Origin: Dicyema japonicum
Lineage: Eukaryota; Animalia; Dicyemida
Assembly (NCBI GenBank): GCA_011109175.1
Contig: RDEW01000030.1
Span: 242,094-306,093 of the forward strand
DNA length: 64,000 nucleotides
Direction of reading: 5' to 3'
Positions within the stretch are counted from its first letter, which is position 1, and the number at the start of each line of letters is the position of its first letter. Below are positions 50,890-62,680 of the stretch, in pieces. The notes beneath the pieces are model-generated. The model did not search any database. It was not told where the DNA came from and worked only from the letters and a program-made list of their open reading frames with translations. The translations under genes and the position numbers were made by a program.

Positions 50890-52433
50890 TTAGTATTGAC
50901 GATATGTAGAACTTGAATATCCGTAATTCTGAGGAGCTGATCTTTCATCTCCCGTTTTTGGATTACTAGGCACAGAAGAATTGTCATGCATATAAGAATT
51001 AACTCCATCACCATAACCTGGGATAAAAATAAACAAAACTGTGAATTGAAGGCAGCTGGTTAGGATCAGACTGTATCGAATTATCATATTGACTACGTCT
51101 ATTCCCCCTATCATCATTATCTGCATATCCAAAATTAGCATCGGGGGAGGATGGGTGGTTAGGAAGTACCGACGGATTTGTTGGATACTGAGATGGCCAC
51201 GATCGATACGCAGGATCACGCGGGTACGGATGGTATACCGGGTACTGTCCTGCTGGTCCTCTCTGATCAGGCCAGGGTCGATTGTAAGCAGGAGCCTGGT
51301 CGTCCCATCGTTCTCTGTATTCTACCACTAAACCAAATATGTACGTTGTAGATAATAACCACCAGGATCACATTCCATATAATAGTTACCAACGGGCTGC
51401 TGGTGTGGAGGACCATAAGGCATATACCGTTCTCTCCCATATCGGTAGTAATCCCGATCTGATTTGGGGTACTTCGGGTAGTTTCCCCTATATTCTTGTC
51501 CCTGGGGATAACCCTCATAAGTATCATCTACATAACCCACACACCATTACATCTCTTAGTCCTGTATTCCCCTCCATTTCTACCATAAGCGTATTGTCCT
51601 TTCATCTTATCGTTGGCAAACTGTCTCTCTTGTCGTGAAAGAGCCTTAGTGGTTTCCAATTTGAATCCTTCAACCATGTGGTTCTTAATTTCTACAAAAA
51701 TAGAATAGTTTATAATAAATATATATTCAACTTAAATATTTACGTGCTGCTTTGTCGACACTATCATAATCGTAAAACTTAACGAAGGCAAAGCCCCGCC
51801 TGTTGCCTGTATTGTTGTCGATTATTATATCAAGACTTTCCAAATCCCCAAATTGGCTAAAATACTCCTTTAACATCTCCTCAGTCAACTCCGGGTTCTT
51901 AACTCCACCGACGTACAACTTTTTAGTTGTCACGTGGGAATCAGGCTTATCAGCATCCTAAGTATAAACAAACTATCCTAATTAATCTAACTAGGCTTAG
52001 TAAGCTCTTCCTTACCTTGCCTAACAGCACACAATATGATAGCAGATAATACAAACCTCGCGTGGCATTGCTCTCTTAGTTTCAACTTGCTTCCCCCCAA
52101 TCACATGCGGACGATCCCGTTGTACGCTGTCCACGGACATCGAATTGGTAAAAGCCACAAAACCGAATCCACGTGTTCTTAATGAGTAAGTTTGATTACC
52201 TTTTTGAACGGGGGTCCCTCATTACAACACAGTCTATGATTTCTCCGTACTTAGAAAAATGTTTGTGTAGTGTTTCCTCATTTGTTCGATAATTTATTCC
52301 TCCAATAAATACTTTACGAAATTGCTCTGGTTCAAGATTCTGTAGATAAATAAATATTTAATACATTATCAACAGGTTTCTGTAATTTTACTTCAGTTTG
52401 TACATTTTGTTGAGGAGACTGACCACCAGACAT
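50890..52433 (-). CDS. HNRNPA1: hnRNP A1/A2-like (two RRMs plus Tyr/Gly/Pro-rich low-complexity tail)
   Basis: [50 protein letters not shown]|[25 protein letters not shown]. Introns of 25, 22, 99, ~52, 23, 23 and 22 nt restore frame. Confidence 0.92.
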
Positions 52434-54079
52434 ATAAATGAACAACAAACTAATCAATGAAACGTTTTATTTATTTAAATAATAAATAATTATTATTAAA
52501 TAATAAATATATTATATTATAAGTAACTGAAGCCTGACACTGGAGGATAGGAGGCAGAGCTAAGAGATGCCATATGGGCTGGGGGCTCAATTGGACAAGG
52601 CGCTCTCTGAGCTGTTTCAGAAATTAGAATCGAACCTGCCTGAGGATGCAGGCGAGGAAGGTTTTTGATTGTTAGATATTAACTTTTTCGGTTGCTTAAA
52701 TAAAGATGAATTACGTAACTGAATTCCCTAAAAAACACTGAAAATAGCCGCACTGAACGAGAACAAGAAAACCTAGTTTACTTGTAAAAAACTAGAAGAG
52801 GATTCAAGAGTCACTCTCAATAATGAATTTATGAAACCAACATTCTTGGGCCTGCACAAGACAGGAACTTGGAAAGTTGAACTTTTTTCAGAGATCAGCT
52901 TCGATATCGTGTCCTTCTGGAACCACTCCAGACTGCCACATGACATTCTTTACAAAAGAACTAGGGGTACAGAGATTTGTACGAGATTCTGGAGGAAGTA
53001 TAGTGGCTGTTTGGGCCTAGAGACCCCCTACAGCGTAACCATGAATGGTTATTTTGTTTTTAACGTTTTTTGGACTTTTCGTGAATGACTAATCCACGTT
53101 TTCATAGTCGACCAAGAACAACCCTACCGGCCGTCCTGGATAAAGACCTTAAAAAACCAGAGACGTTACAGAGACTGGAAAGAACTTCCAAAATGCTGGT
53201 AGAATAACTTGACAGCTACTCGATTTTGGGCATCTTTGCTACTTCGACACTGAATTCCAGACATTCTGACACATATAGATGATCCACAAAGTCGGAAACT
53301 ATCTACCAGAAATTTTTAATGAAATATATAGTAGTTACACTTAGAAATCATCCCAAACTATATGTGGACATTAATAATGCGAAAGGTAAAGTATTGCTGT
53401 CAGTAGGTCTTCGATCTCTTTAACTAATGCTCTGAAAATAGCGGCTACTCAAAAAAAATTTTTGGGTGAAAGAGAATTGATCTACGGATAAAAGGAATAT
53501 GATGATGACACCCTTGGAGGTCCTAATCCTAGGAAATAATCGAGGGGCTTAATCCAACGTGATCAAAAGACAACCCGATCCCAACGAGCTGTGTAGAATC
53601 CAGGGAAGACCATCGAGCGAAGCTGAGAGCTTATATTAAATTTGTCGGGATCACTTAGTTTGCTTTTTCGGTTTAACGGTGGTCTTGGATAAAAATTTAA
53701 TTGAGTAATGAAAATTACGCAGATAGCCCTCCTCAGATGCTAGTCGACTATGATCGAATGAACTGCCAGCTAGTATTGTATAAATTGGCTACAAATTCAA
53801 CGTGGATTGAGGTAAAGAAAGTCTTTGATTCAATGGACCACAATTGTCTACCAACATGGACTTGAAACCGTAAAAAACTTAATCAGCAAAAGGAAAGTAT
53901 CCCTGAACATCAACAAGGAGAGGATTGAAATGATAAAATTGAGCCATGCAATACTACAAGGAGACCCATTGTCTCGGATGAATGGAGGTGTTGAAGGATT
54001 CATGGGACTGAATCAAACGCCTTTTAAAAGTCTAACGAGACTGATACTTTCCGTAGATGCCGCTTTGGTTCGTTGAAGC

Positions 54080-54480
54080 CTTCCGAGATAAATTGTGTCA
54101 AGGAAGTTAAGTGTGTTGTTGTGGAACGTTCCGATCTGAATCTGTGCTGGTAGTGACAAAAGGGCAAATGAGTTTTATTTTCCAAAGTACGAGTTTTTCC
54201 ATGAGGTCAGGGATATCAGGCGGTAAGAGCGGACGTAAGGCTTTCGGTTTCCTGGTTTTAAGACAGGTATGATATGTCAGTTCTTTCCATTTACTGGGAA
54301 TAGCGTTCGTGTTTGAGGACAAATTAAAAATTGAAGCAATCGATCTGATTGCAGTCTCTCCAATATGTTTTAGCAGAATTCCATGAATACCATCTGGACC
54401 AGACATACATGACTTCTTCACGGATCTTACTGCCTGTGTAACCTTGTCATGCGTAAAAAGTTCGACCCATGAGATGGTTA
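54080..54480 (-). mobile_element. Degenerate LINE RT fragment
   Basis: SGPDGIHGILLKH..IFNLS..IPSKWK in ORF 54107-54421. Confidence 0.55.
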
Positions 54481-55070
54481 AGGTACCAAATATTGTAGGC
54501 GACAGGAGTGAGTCTTCGAAAAGTCCTTAGAGGCGTTATACTTCATCAGGTTTGGTCCATCTTCAGAGCGTTCCTCTTCTTATAAGGGAACAAGTTTCGG
54601 AGTCGAACGTAGTGTTATAGCATTTATACGATGCTTGGGGGCTAACAGCTTTTCTGCTCAGAAGATTACACGGGTTAGATGATCCACTGCCGTGTCGACA
54701 GAATCAAATGTGTAAGGGTCAAATCCAGTAGGTTACGATCTTTGAAATTTCAGTCTGCTTGTTTTAGAAGGTTGCTTTGTTCATATGTGGGCTATTGAAT
54801 CGGCTCAACTTTAGTATAATTGGATTATGATCAATATGGAAGTTTCCATGAATTAGCGGGGCAATCCTGAGAATAAATTGACAGGCCGGGTGAAGTTTCG
54901 GAAGTCCATTGCTGACAGGCATCCAAAAAAGGTAGATAAAGTGCAATAATTGTTTAATGTTTGGAAAAAATATTTAAATTAAAGAACATTGTTGTGGTCT
55001 AGTAATAAAAATTTATAAAATATTTAAATTAATTTAGCGCGAGATAGTTTTGTTTGTTTGAAATTGAACG

Positions 55071-56741
55071 ATGGTGCCGTTTGGATTTAACCCTAATGAA
55101 CTCAATCAATCGTCCTCTTCTGTGTTTCCATCACAGTCAAACATTGGAGGAGGTCTGAATCAGACTATAATGACTTCTAACCCTTCATCTGGTTTTTTGG
55201 TATACATTATATCAGGGTTCGGTGGAGGATTTTCTCAGATTTCGTCTCAGTCATATCCATCCTTGGTGGAGTGGGACCAAGTACACAGGCAGGAATTAGG
55301 AATTTAGGAGGGATGTCACAAAATACTGGAAATGCAACATTTGGTGCCTATATTCATGATTACAGGATTTGGGGATTGAACCAGAGTGGAATGGGTGCAA
55401 GCAAGCCCTTTGGGGGTTTAGTGGGAATTTTGGATCTCAGAATACTGGCCAATCATCGGGTTGTTATGGTGATGCACCTTAGGAGGTTTCGGAAGTGGAT
55501 TCCCTCAAAATAATCCTAACCAATCATTTGGAGGATTCGGGGGAACTTCAAAAGTGGGATTTGGAGTAACACCAGGAGTGGGTTCTTTGAATTTTGGTTT
55601 CAATCAGTCATGTGGTTATTTTTTCGGTAATCTTTCGACAGCACCTGGATACTCACAAAGTTCAAACGTTTCTTTTGGAGGATTTGGGGGACAGAATACA
55701 CTAGGTGGGAATTTGGGGGGATTTTCGCAGAATACTGGTAGTTCTGGCGGGTTATTCAAGGATTTGGGGATTCTCTCAGCCTTCTAATCTTTTTGGAGGA
55801 CATGGAAGTTCTCTTCTAGCTGGGGGAAATTCGCTGTCTGGTTTGTGATTAATTGAGCTCAGGATTTGGGGGTACAGGATTTGGCGGCAATGTGGGTTTC
55901 TCACAAAATAGTTATTTCAACCAACCAACTGGTAGTCCTCGATATAATCTCCCAATTAGGAGGACCTGGGGGATTTCAAAACTCTAATCAGAACGCATTT
56001 GGAGGTTTCAACAACCAGGACCTGTCGGGGGACAGAATGTGGGGTTCAACCAGTCAGGTAGTCTAATTTTTAATAATAGGAGGATTTGGAATGGGATTCT
56101 CACAGAATATTTCCGGGTTTAATACGAATATGGGTGGAATGGGTTGTATAGGCAACCCCCAGCAGATTTTGACTCAACCACTGAATGAAAAATTGGACAA
56201 GAATGTTATAGAAATACTTAACTCAATCCAAGAATACGATAAACTGGAGACTCAAATGAGAGAAGCTGAGGAAAATGCATCGGGGCCCTCATTTGAGGAT
56301 TATTGTAGCCAACTGGCCAGACTACAGCGAAATTGGTGCCCTGTACTGTCCACTGTTGACAAGCTGAGTCATGACATTCGGATTTTTCTTACAGAACAGA
56401 GTGATCTTGAATCACAGATGCGGAATTTGCAGTATAATTTGTCCTCAAAGTGTAAGGAAGAGCGAACGAGACTTTTGCAGAGATTATTGGTCTCTAGGGT
56501 GGACGAACTTGCTTTGAAAATGAATAAGCTGAAGTCGAGATTACTGAAATTGACTAGTGAGTCTGAACTGTTTTTCCGTATGGGACTGGATTCTACTGAG
56601 TCTGTGACCCAATATTACACAAAACTTGCCCATTTGACGTGTAGTTCGATAGACCAATGGGAGATAAAGATTAATCAACTCACCACTATTGTTAGCCACC
56701 TTGAAAGATCGCTCAGCTATCCAAAAATTACTTACATTTGA
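55071..56741 (+). CDS. FG-repeat nucleoporin, Nup62/Nsp1-like; several 1-nt frame breaks in the FG region
   Basis: Many FG/GFG repeats followed by a coiled coil. LSHDIRIFLTEQSDLESQM..EERTRL..ESVTQYY..SIDQWE resembles, from memory, the Nup62 C-terminal helices. Confidence 0.65.
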
Positions 56742-56871
56742 AAATTTATTTTTGCTTTTATGTATTACTTCATTAATTATGTGTCTTGGTCATGATTAGT
56801 TGTTGGTTCGTTCCCCGAAACACTACCTGGCTGATTGAAAGATTTCCTGACGCTCTATGTCTTCTAAGAGT

Positions 56872-56953
56872 CGTCATGTGATTCACCTGTGGGGAAACGC
56901 AGTGTCGAAAAAAATTACTTTTATTCTTACTCCGCAGGAGAGGTTCTCACAAC
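56872..56953. repeat. Dispersed structured repeat, copy C
   Basis: CGTCATGTGATTCACCTGTGGGGAAACG and CTTACTCCGCAGGAGAGGTTCTCACAAC; homologous to A and B. Confidence 0.6.
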
Positions 56954-57064
56954 CACGGCTGTGGATTAACGTGATGGCTAGAATGGACTCGTTCTACTCC
57001 GACCATGAGAACTTGATATACCTTGATTAGACGATTTTTTATTGAAAAACAATTTATTAACATA

Positions 57065-57930
57065 AAGTAAAGTTGTCATGGCAAGTCTCCATTATGACCT
57101 GCAGGCATTGAGCACGCAATGGGAGTTATCTCTCATAATCGCAAGCCTAATGTTCTGGAAAATCCATCGAGTCATTTTAGGTACGTCCGTCCGATTAACC
57201 TGATAAAATCTGACGTGCTCGGGCCAGTAACACCAGACTTCTAACGGAGATCGGCTGGAAAACGAACCGGTCACGATGCTGTGGTACTTCCTCCTTTTCA
57301 TATATCGGCAGTCCTCGCTGCGGAACCCGCGCGCAACGATGACTTAATCAAATTTCCATTTGAGAAAGTATCCTAGCACGTTGAATCCCAAGCAAGACAC
57401 CTCCCTCGGTTCATGGGATGGTTGTTGCGCCATCCGGCCTCTTGCTATCACCTCTGTCAAGACCAACGGGCTTTAGAAGGCACGTAAACTCTGCGTCTTC
57501 GATATCTTTTATGACAGGGAATCTCCCGGAGCTCCGTACTGCTTGTGTAGTCTTTTTTTGTGAACCATCCCACCACATCGGCATTGGTGTTCCAAGCCAA
57601 TAAGCAACTTCAACGCAGATTGTATTCGCGTAGCGCAGAGTACAACTGCCCATACCGGGAGGGTAATTCTCAGTGGACTCAGCATTCAGACATGTGCAAC
57701 GATGGGTATCAACAAACATTAGCTTTTTTTCACAAAGGATTTTATCCCAATCCTTTTGAGAGGTAAAGTTCTTCAGAGCACCAAACCCGTTTGCTGTCCA
57801 CTGCTGGATAACCGCGTCAAACACAAGGTCCAAACTCAATCAGTGGCAGGAAAATTGAGTTAGTCAAGGCACGGAAGCTTGCGAGAGACGACAGGTAGAA
57901 TGTCCAAATCGGCAGAACACCTCAAAAATT
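57065..57930 (-). mobile_element. CRE-clade 3' fragment
   Basis: [33 protein letters not shown], KRRKY and IRLAIMRDN. Confidence 0.8.
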
Positions 57931-59103
57931 ATCGGGTGCTTTCCTTGGGACCAGCCATTGCTGTCAAAACTGATATTGAGGATTTCTACAGTCGTCTATA
58001 TGATAAGATCCTCAAGAGATTTTAGAAAATCAGATTCATGGAAACACGGAGAACTCCGTAATGAGAAGATCATCTTGGGAACAAAAATGTTATTTTTAAT
58101 TAAAAAGGCCGTTTGTGCTTCAAGAGTTTTAGGCCTTTCCGTCGTTAATTAAGAGTTATAGGCCTTTCCACAGTTTGCTTCGCTTGCAGGCCGCTTAGTC
58201 TTATAGAGTGACTATACTATGGAGTTCCCGAACACAACAAATTTGAGCACTCTGTAATTCCCTTGGACAAATCAATCGGTTTTTAATTATCAAACAAAAT
58301 ATATGTCTAATTAATCCGTATGATAATCCTACCCACGTTGGCAGTATGCTGTCCGGAGGTTCCAATTTTGCATGATCTTACTTTACCTAATTTAAGGCCG
58401 GCAAACAAAATCGATTTTACTCACACATACGAACTATTTTTCTCTAATATAGTATATCAACTAACTTTATTTTAATAAATTTAGTATATGGCTCCATGAA
58501 GGACCAAATCGCCGAGGAACAGAAGATCTAAGGGCATCCAAAGGCCCAGACAACCCTCTGAATGAAGCAATATCAAGATAAATGGCGATGCACCAAAAAA
58601 CGACAAGAAACTGTGTCCGATGAGGTGGGTTACAGTGGACAACCATCTCTGCCAGGATCGACGAACTCCTTATCGGTCTGGAATTATTTGCTTAGTTGGA
58701 AACTGTATCATGCGGTAATAAATAATATTAATAAATGAACTCAATAGGGAAAACGGGGAAATTGGTAGGTCATAAAGGGTAGGAATGTCGAACGGGCTTT
58801 TCCATGAAAAACTTGTACTGAGGGCCACCATAACAAGTGAACCACATGACGCTAAAAACTGTTCTACAGTTGGGACTTTGTACGAGCGGGCAAGGAAGAT
58901 CGAGAATTAATGGAGGCTGAGATTACTTAATTAGTGTTTTAACATAAGGTCCACTGGTATTTTGGATTACAGGAAATTGTCACGTGACATATCTTCAAAA
59001 CTTTAAGGAAAGCTTATAAACCTTACGTAATGTTAAGATAGGGGATGATAATACAACCCAAAATTTGTGAACTCATAATAGTAGTCTAAATTACTAAAGA
59101 AAA

Positions 59104-61460
59104 TTATAATTTATTAAAGAAATGATCAAGTAGAAAGATTGGTCGGTAATCGAAAGGTGGAAAAACTCGTTTATACAAATTTAAAAAAACCGGCTCTTGA
59201 GTACGCAAAGCAGAGCCAAAAATACACTTCATTCGACCATGAGTTCCAACAGAATCAACAATCTTTCCACGTCGATTAGAACCGCTGTAAATTTCCACAG
59301 ATTTAAAATAATTGACGTCTTCTGGATTCGAGAACATGTCACGTGCAACAACATTTCTTCCACGAACGTCAGTGCAGGAACCAGCAAGAACGACCCGTTT
59401 GAGCAGAAGGCGATTGCAGTTTGCTGATATGACCTGTCCTTCCGCCATTATTCTGAGCTCAGCAGCTGAATCCATTCCAAACATAACAGCTTCTCCACTT
59501 TCGAACATCATCGGGGCATAAATTGAGGCCACAACTGTATCAGAGGGCTGAAACCATCTTAGCAACTACAAAATGATAAAAACAACCACCTTAAATTTAT
59601 CACAAGAAATTGAGTTCTCAGAAAACACAGGGGATGCAGAAAATCTACGGAAACCAATCTGAAATAAGAGAGGAGATTTTGACATAATAGCTCTGTCCAT
59701 ACTGTCGGTTGGGGTTAACTTTATATTCAGCATTGTGTGACTCCTCTCATATGGTAGTAAGCCATAACAAACAAGGGCGGACCCAGCATTTACTGAGGTA
59801 AAGCGAATAACCAACCATTAAAGCAGTCCACCTCATCAATCAGCACAGTAATATAGGACCCGACCTTAGCAGTATTTTCACTGGTTTCTAGTTTATTAAG
59901 AATGTGTCGGTGAGTGGCACGTGGATTTACCAGTTGAATTAGATTAGAAAATTCAGGGGGAAACTTATCGAACGACTGATCCCAGTATGATGTCCTGAAG
60001 CTCTCTAATCCACGATACCTTAGCCAATTACAAAACCACCAACTCTTTAAATCTAACACGACACAGTGACTTGGGATCCACCTGATCTGGATATAGATTG
60101 TCTTCCTCATCATCCAACGATTCTACGGACTCCTGAATAGAAAAGTTGTCCACCACCAAATCATCAGAAACCAGAGACTGAATGACAAGAAAGAATTACC
60201 TTTTCAAAGGAGTCACAGTCATCCATAGAACACTGAGACATCCCGCACTAAAAATAATTATGTAAGAGAACGTCTGAGAGCATATCGACTTCCGCTGGCT
60301 CTTCCACCAAGTTCTCTCATCCCCCGTCCGCTCGATTACTCTCTGATAATGTTAACTTAAAAATTACCGATATCTCAGTTTGCGGTTTTCCGTGGCACTT
60401 TATTTGAAGAATTCTGTACTCTCCTACCCTCGGAATGTGCAGCCACGTGTTCGCGGAGAGTGGAGCCCCTCTAAGAAACCCAGAAACTTCAATCTGGCGA
60501 TTCTTAAGGAATAAAGAAAAATCACACATTAAGGTATTTAAACCCGTCGACTTGAAAGTGGGGACGATGCTGAAGCATAGGATTAGTGATGCGACGAACA
60601 GAGGCAATATTTCTCAACAAATTCTCGACATCCTGTGGAGACTTCACTATTCTTGGCTTCTCATATCTGGACAAACAGAGACTCAGCTGCTTCTGGTAAA
60701 CTTTCCTCACAAAGGCCTCATCTGCATGGGAAGGAACCTTCTCCAACTGATTTTTACTTAACTGAATATTCGAAAGACTCCTAACCTGGATAATGGGTAT
60801 GTAGGCTGAGTATTTCTGTACTCCAATTGCTGACAGGATCTCATATCCGATAGTGTCTGGGATCTGGTTATACGTTTGGAGGCCAATGATGATATCTGCC
60901 ACCAGAAGAAGGTCCACTGTGGCCAGACTATCTCTCCTGTTTGCGGGAAAAAAAGACATCCAGCATTTGAACTGTTTAACCCTAAAAATAAGAAAAGTTG
61001 AAAAACCATAGATTGTGAAACCCTGCCTGGTAGTTTGTGTGATCACTGCCCAAGGGAGAGAGTCCAATTTCGCAGAGCAGTTTTTGTGGGTCTGCATCAT
61101 CGTCGAGGGCAAAAATCACCTGTTGAGGGTCATAAAAATCTGCTTACAACGCTAAGTGGTGGAGCATCTGCGAGGCCAACCTTCGATTTCTCCAGTTTTG
61201 AGTGAATAATCTTCATCGCTCGTTTTTGATTTGCCAAAAATAAATAAATATATTACTTTGATCACTCTTTCTAGTTTAGGTTCACTCCTGTGAAGTTGAA
61301 TTTCCCAACCTGCGAGCTCTTCTTCATTTTTCCTAAATATTAAAGAAAAGCTAATACTCTTTTGCGTCTTCTTAACTTGCCGTTTGCTTTTGTGTTTGCC
61401 ATGACTATGACCTTTATTTTTCTGTTTTAGGGGCCCTGAACGATGATGAAATGTATCCAT
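59104..61460 (-). CDS. TSR1: Pre-rRNA-processing protein TSR1; multi-exon
   Basis: HRSGPLKQKNKGH, SGFLRGAPLSANTWLHIPRVGEY, YRGLESFRTSYWD, GLLPYER, QIGFRRF, VVLAG, RGKIVDSVGTHGRMKCIF and LYKRVFP. The first introns are not cleanly resolved. Confidence 0.9.
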
Positions 61461-62399
61461 GTGAGATTAAAATTAGCACGTGAATTAATTTAAAATATTT
61501 AAAAAATTAATTAATATTTTTAAATTATAGTTTATTAAAATGTATTGATTTTATAGGCTTTACAACAAATGTTTTTGTCGTGATTTAAAATCGCTTTTCG
61601 TGGACATTATGAAAACTGTTTCATCTTAACTCATACAATCGATTATAAGCTATGGCTGTGCTGCGTGTGGTAAAAACCTATCTAAAAAATTTTAAAAAAG
61701 ATCGATGACTTTTAATCAGCAGTAACATGAGTGTACAGGAACTGCGTCGAATCTTGAGACAAACACCGCCCAAAAATGAGAGGATGTTTAGGGAGGCCAA
61801 GATCACCTGACCGCAGTGTTTTCCTTTCGAATTTCTCTGTGATTCTAGTTTTTAAATATATAAAACCGCCGTTTGTAATCTTAAGTTCTTTAATTATTTC
61901 AAAATAGACAGCCATGGTCCATCTTATAAATAATTTATACGGAAAAGTGAGGAAGGATATTATGCTTTCAATGCACTCATTCTTCGAGTCGCCAAAATAC
62001 ACTAAACTGTCAATATTTAGGGACAATAGAGCGGGCATTTACATAAAATGCTTCCTGCTACTTTAAATGTATTGAAAATGAAACTGAGAGACAGATGTCT
62101 GCAGAGCCATATCCAAAGCAAACAACATGATCTTAAATCGTGTGGCAGATAATATAAAAACTGATTGATACAACATTTTTTTCACTATGCGAAAGAAAGT
62201 TTCAATTCCACTAATCAAATGATCCATGATTTCAATTACTTAGATATTTTCGAGTTGTCTGCTAGCGATCCAACATTCTTCCGGAAGTATCTCATCAAAT
62301 CTCTGCAAAGGAACTCGGTCTGCGTGTCCTTCTTCATAACTGATTAAGATTTCTTCACATGGTGTAATTTTTTCCCAAATGGAGTTCCTGGTTCTCTAC

Positions 62400-62680
62400 C
62401 TTTCTCCCTGACCAACTCCACTGATGAAGATTACCATTATGAAAACTCTTCTACCTATGAATGATGTGATATACATGGGAGTATAATGGAAACGGCGGAC
62501 CTACTTCTTTCCCTCTCCTCGGAAGTCGTAGCCTGTAATGGACTATTGGAGGATAGATTTGGTTTACACAAGCAGACTTTTCCATGGGTTCCTTTCATAT
62601 ATTAATTGGTTGTGACTGTGTGGGAGTCGTAGACTTGGAAAAGATTGTAAGCTTGTGGTTAATAAAAAAATAGAAATAAA
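62400..62680 (+). repeat. Repeat family X, copy 3 (short fourth piece at 63630-63700)
   Basis: CCCTGACCAA.TCCACTG.TGAAGATT is shared. Peptides PVMDYWRIDLV and CDCVGVVDLEKI, followed by a GTAAG donor-like site also present in copy 2. Confidence 0.55.
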
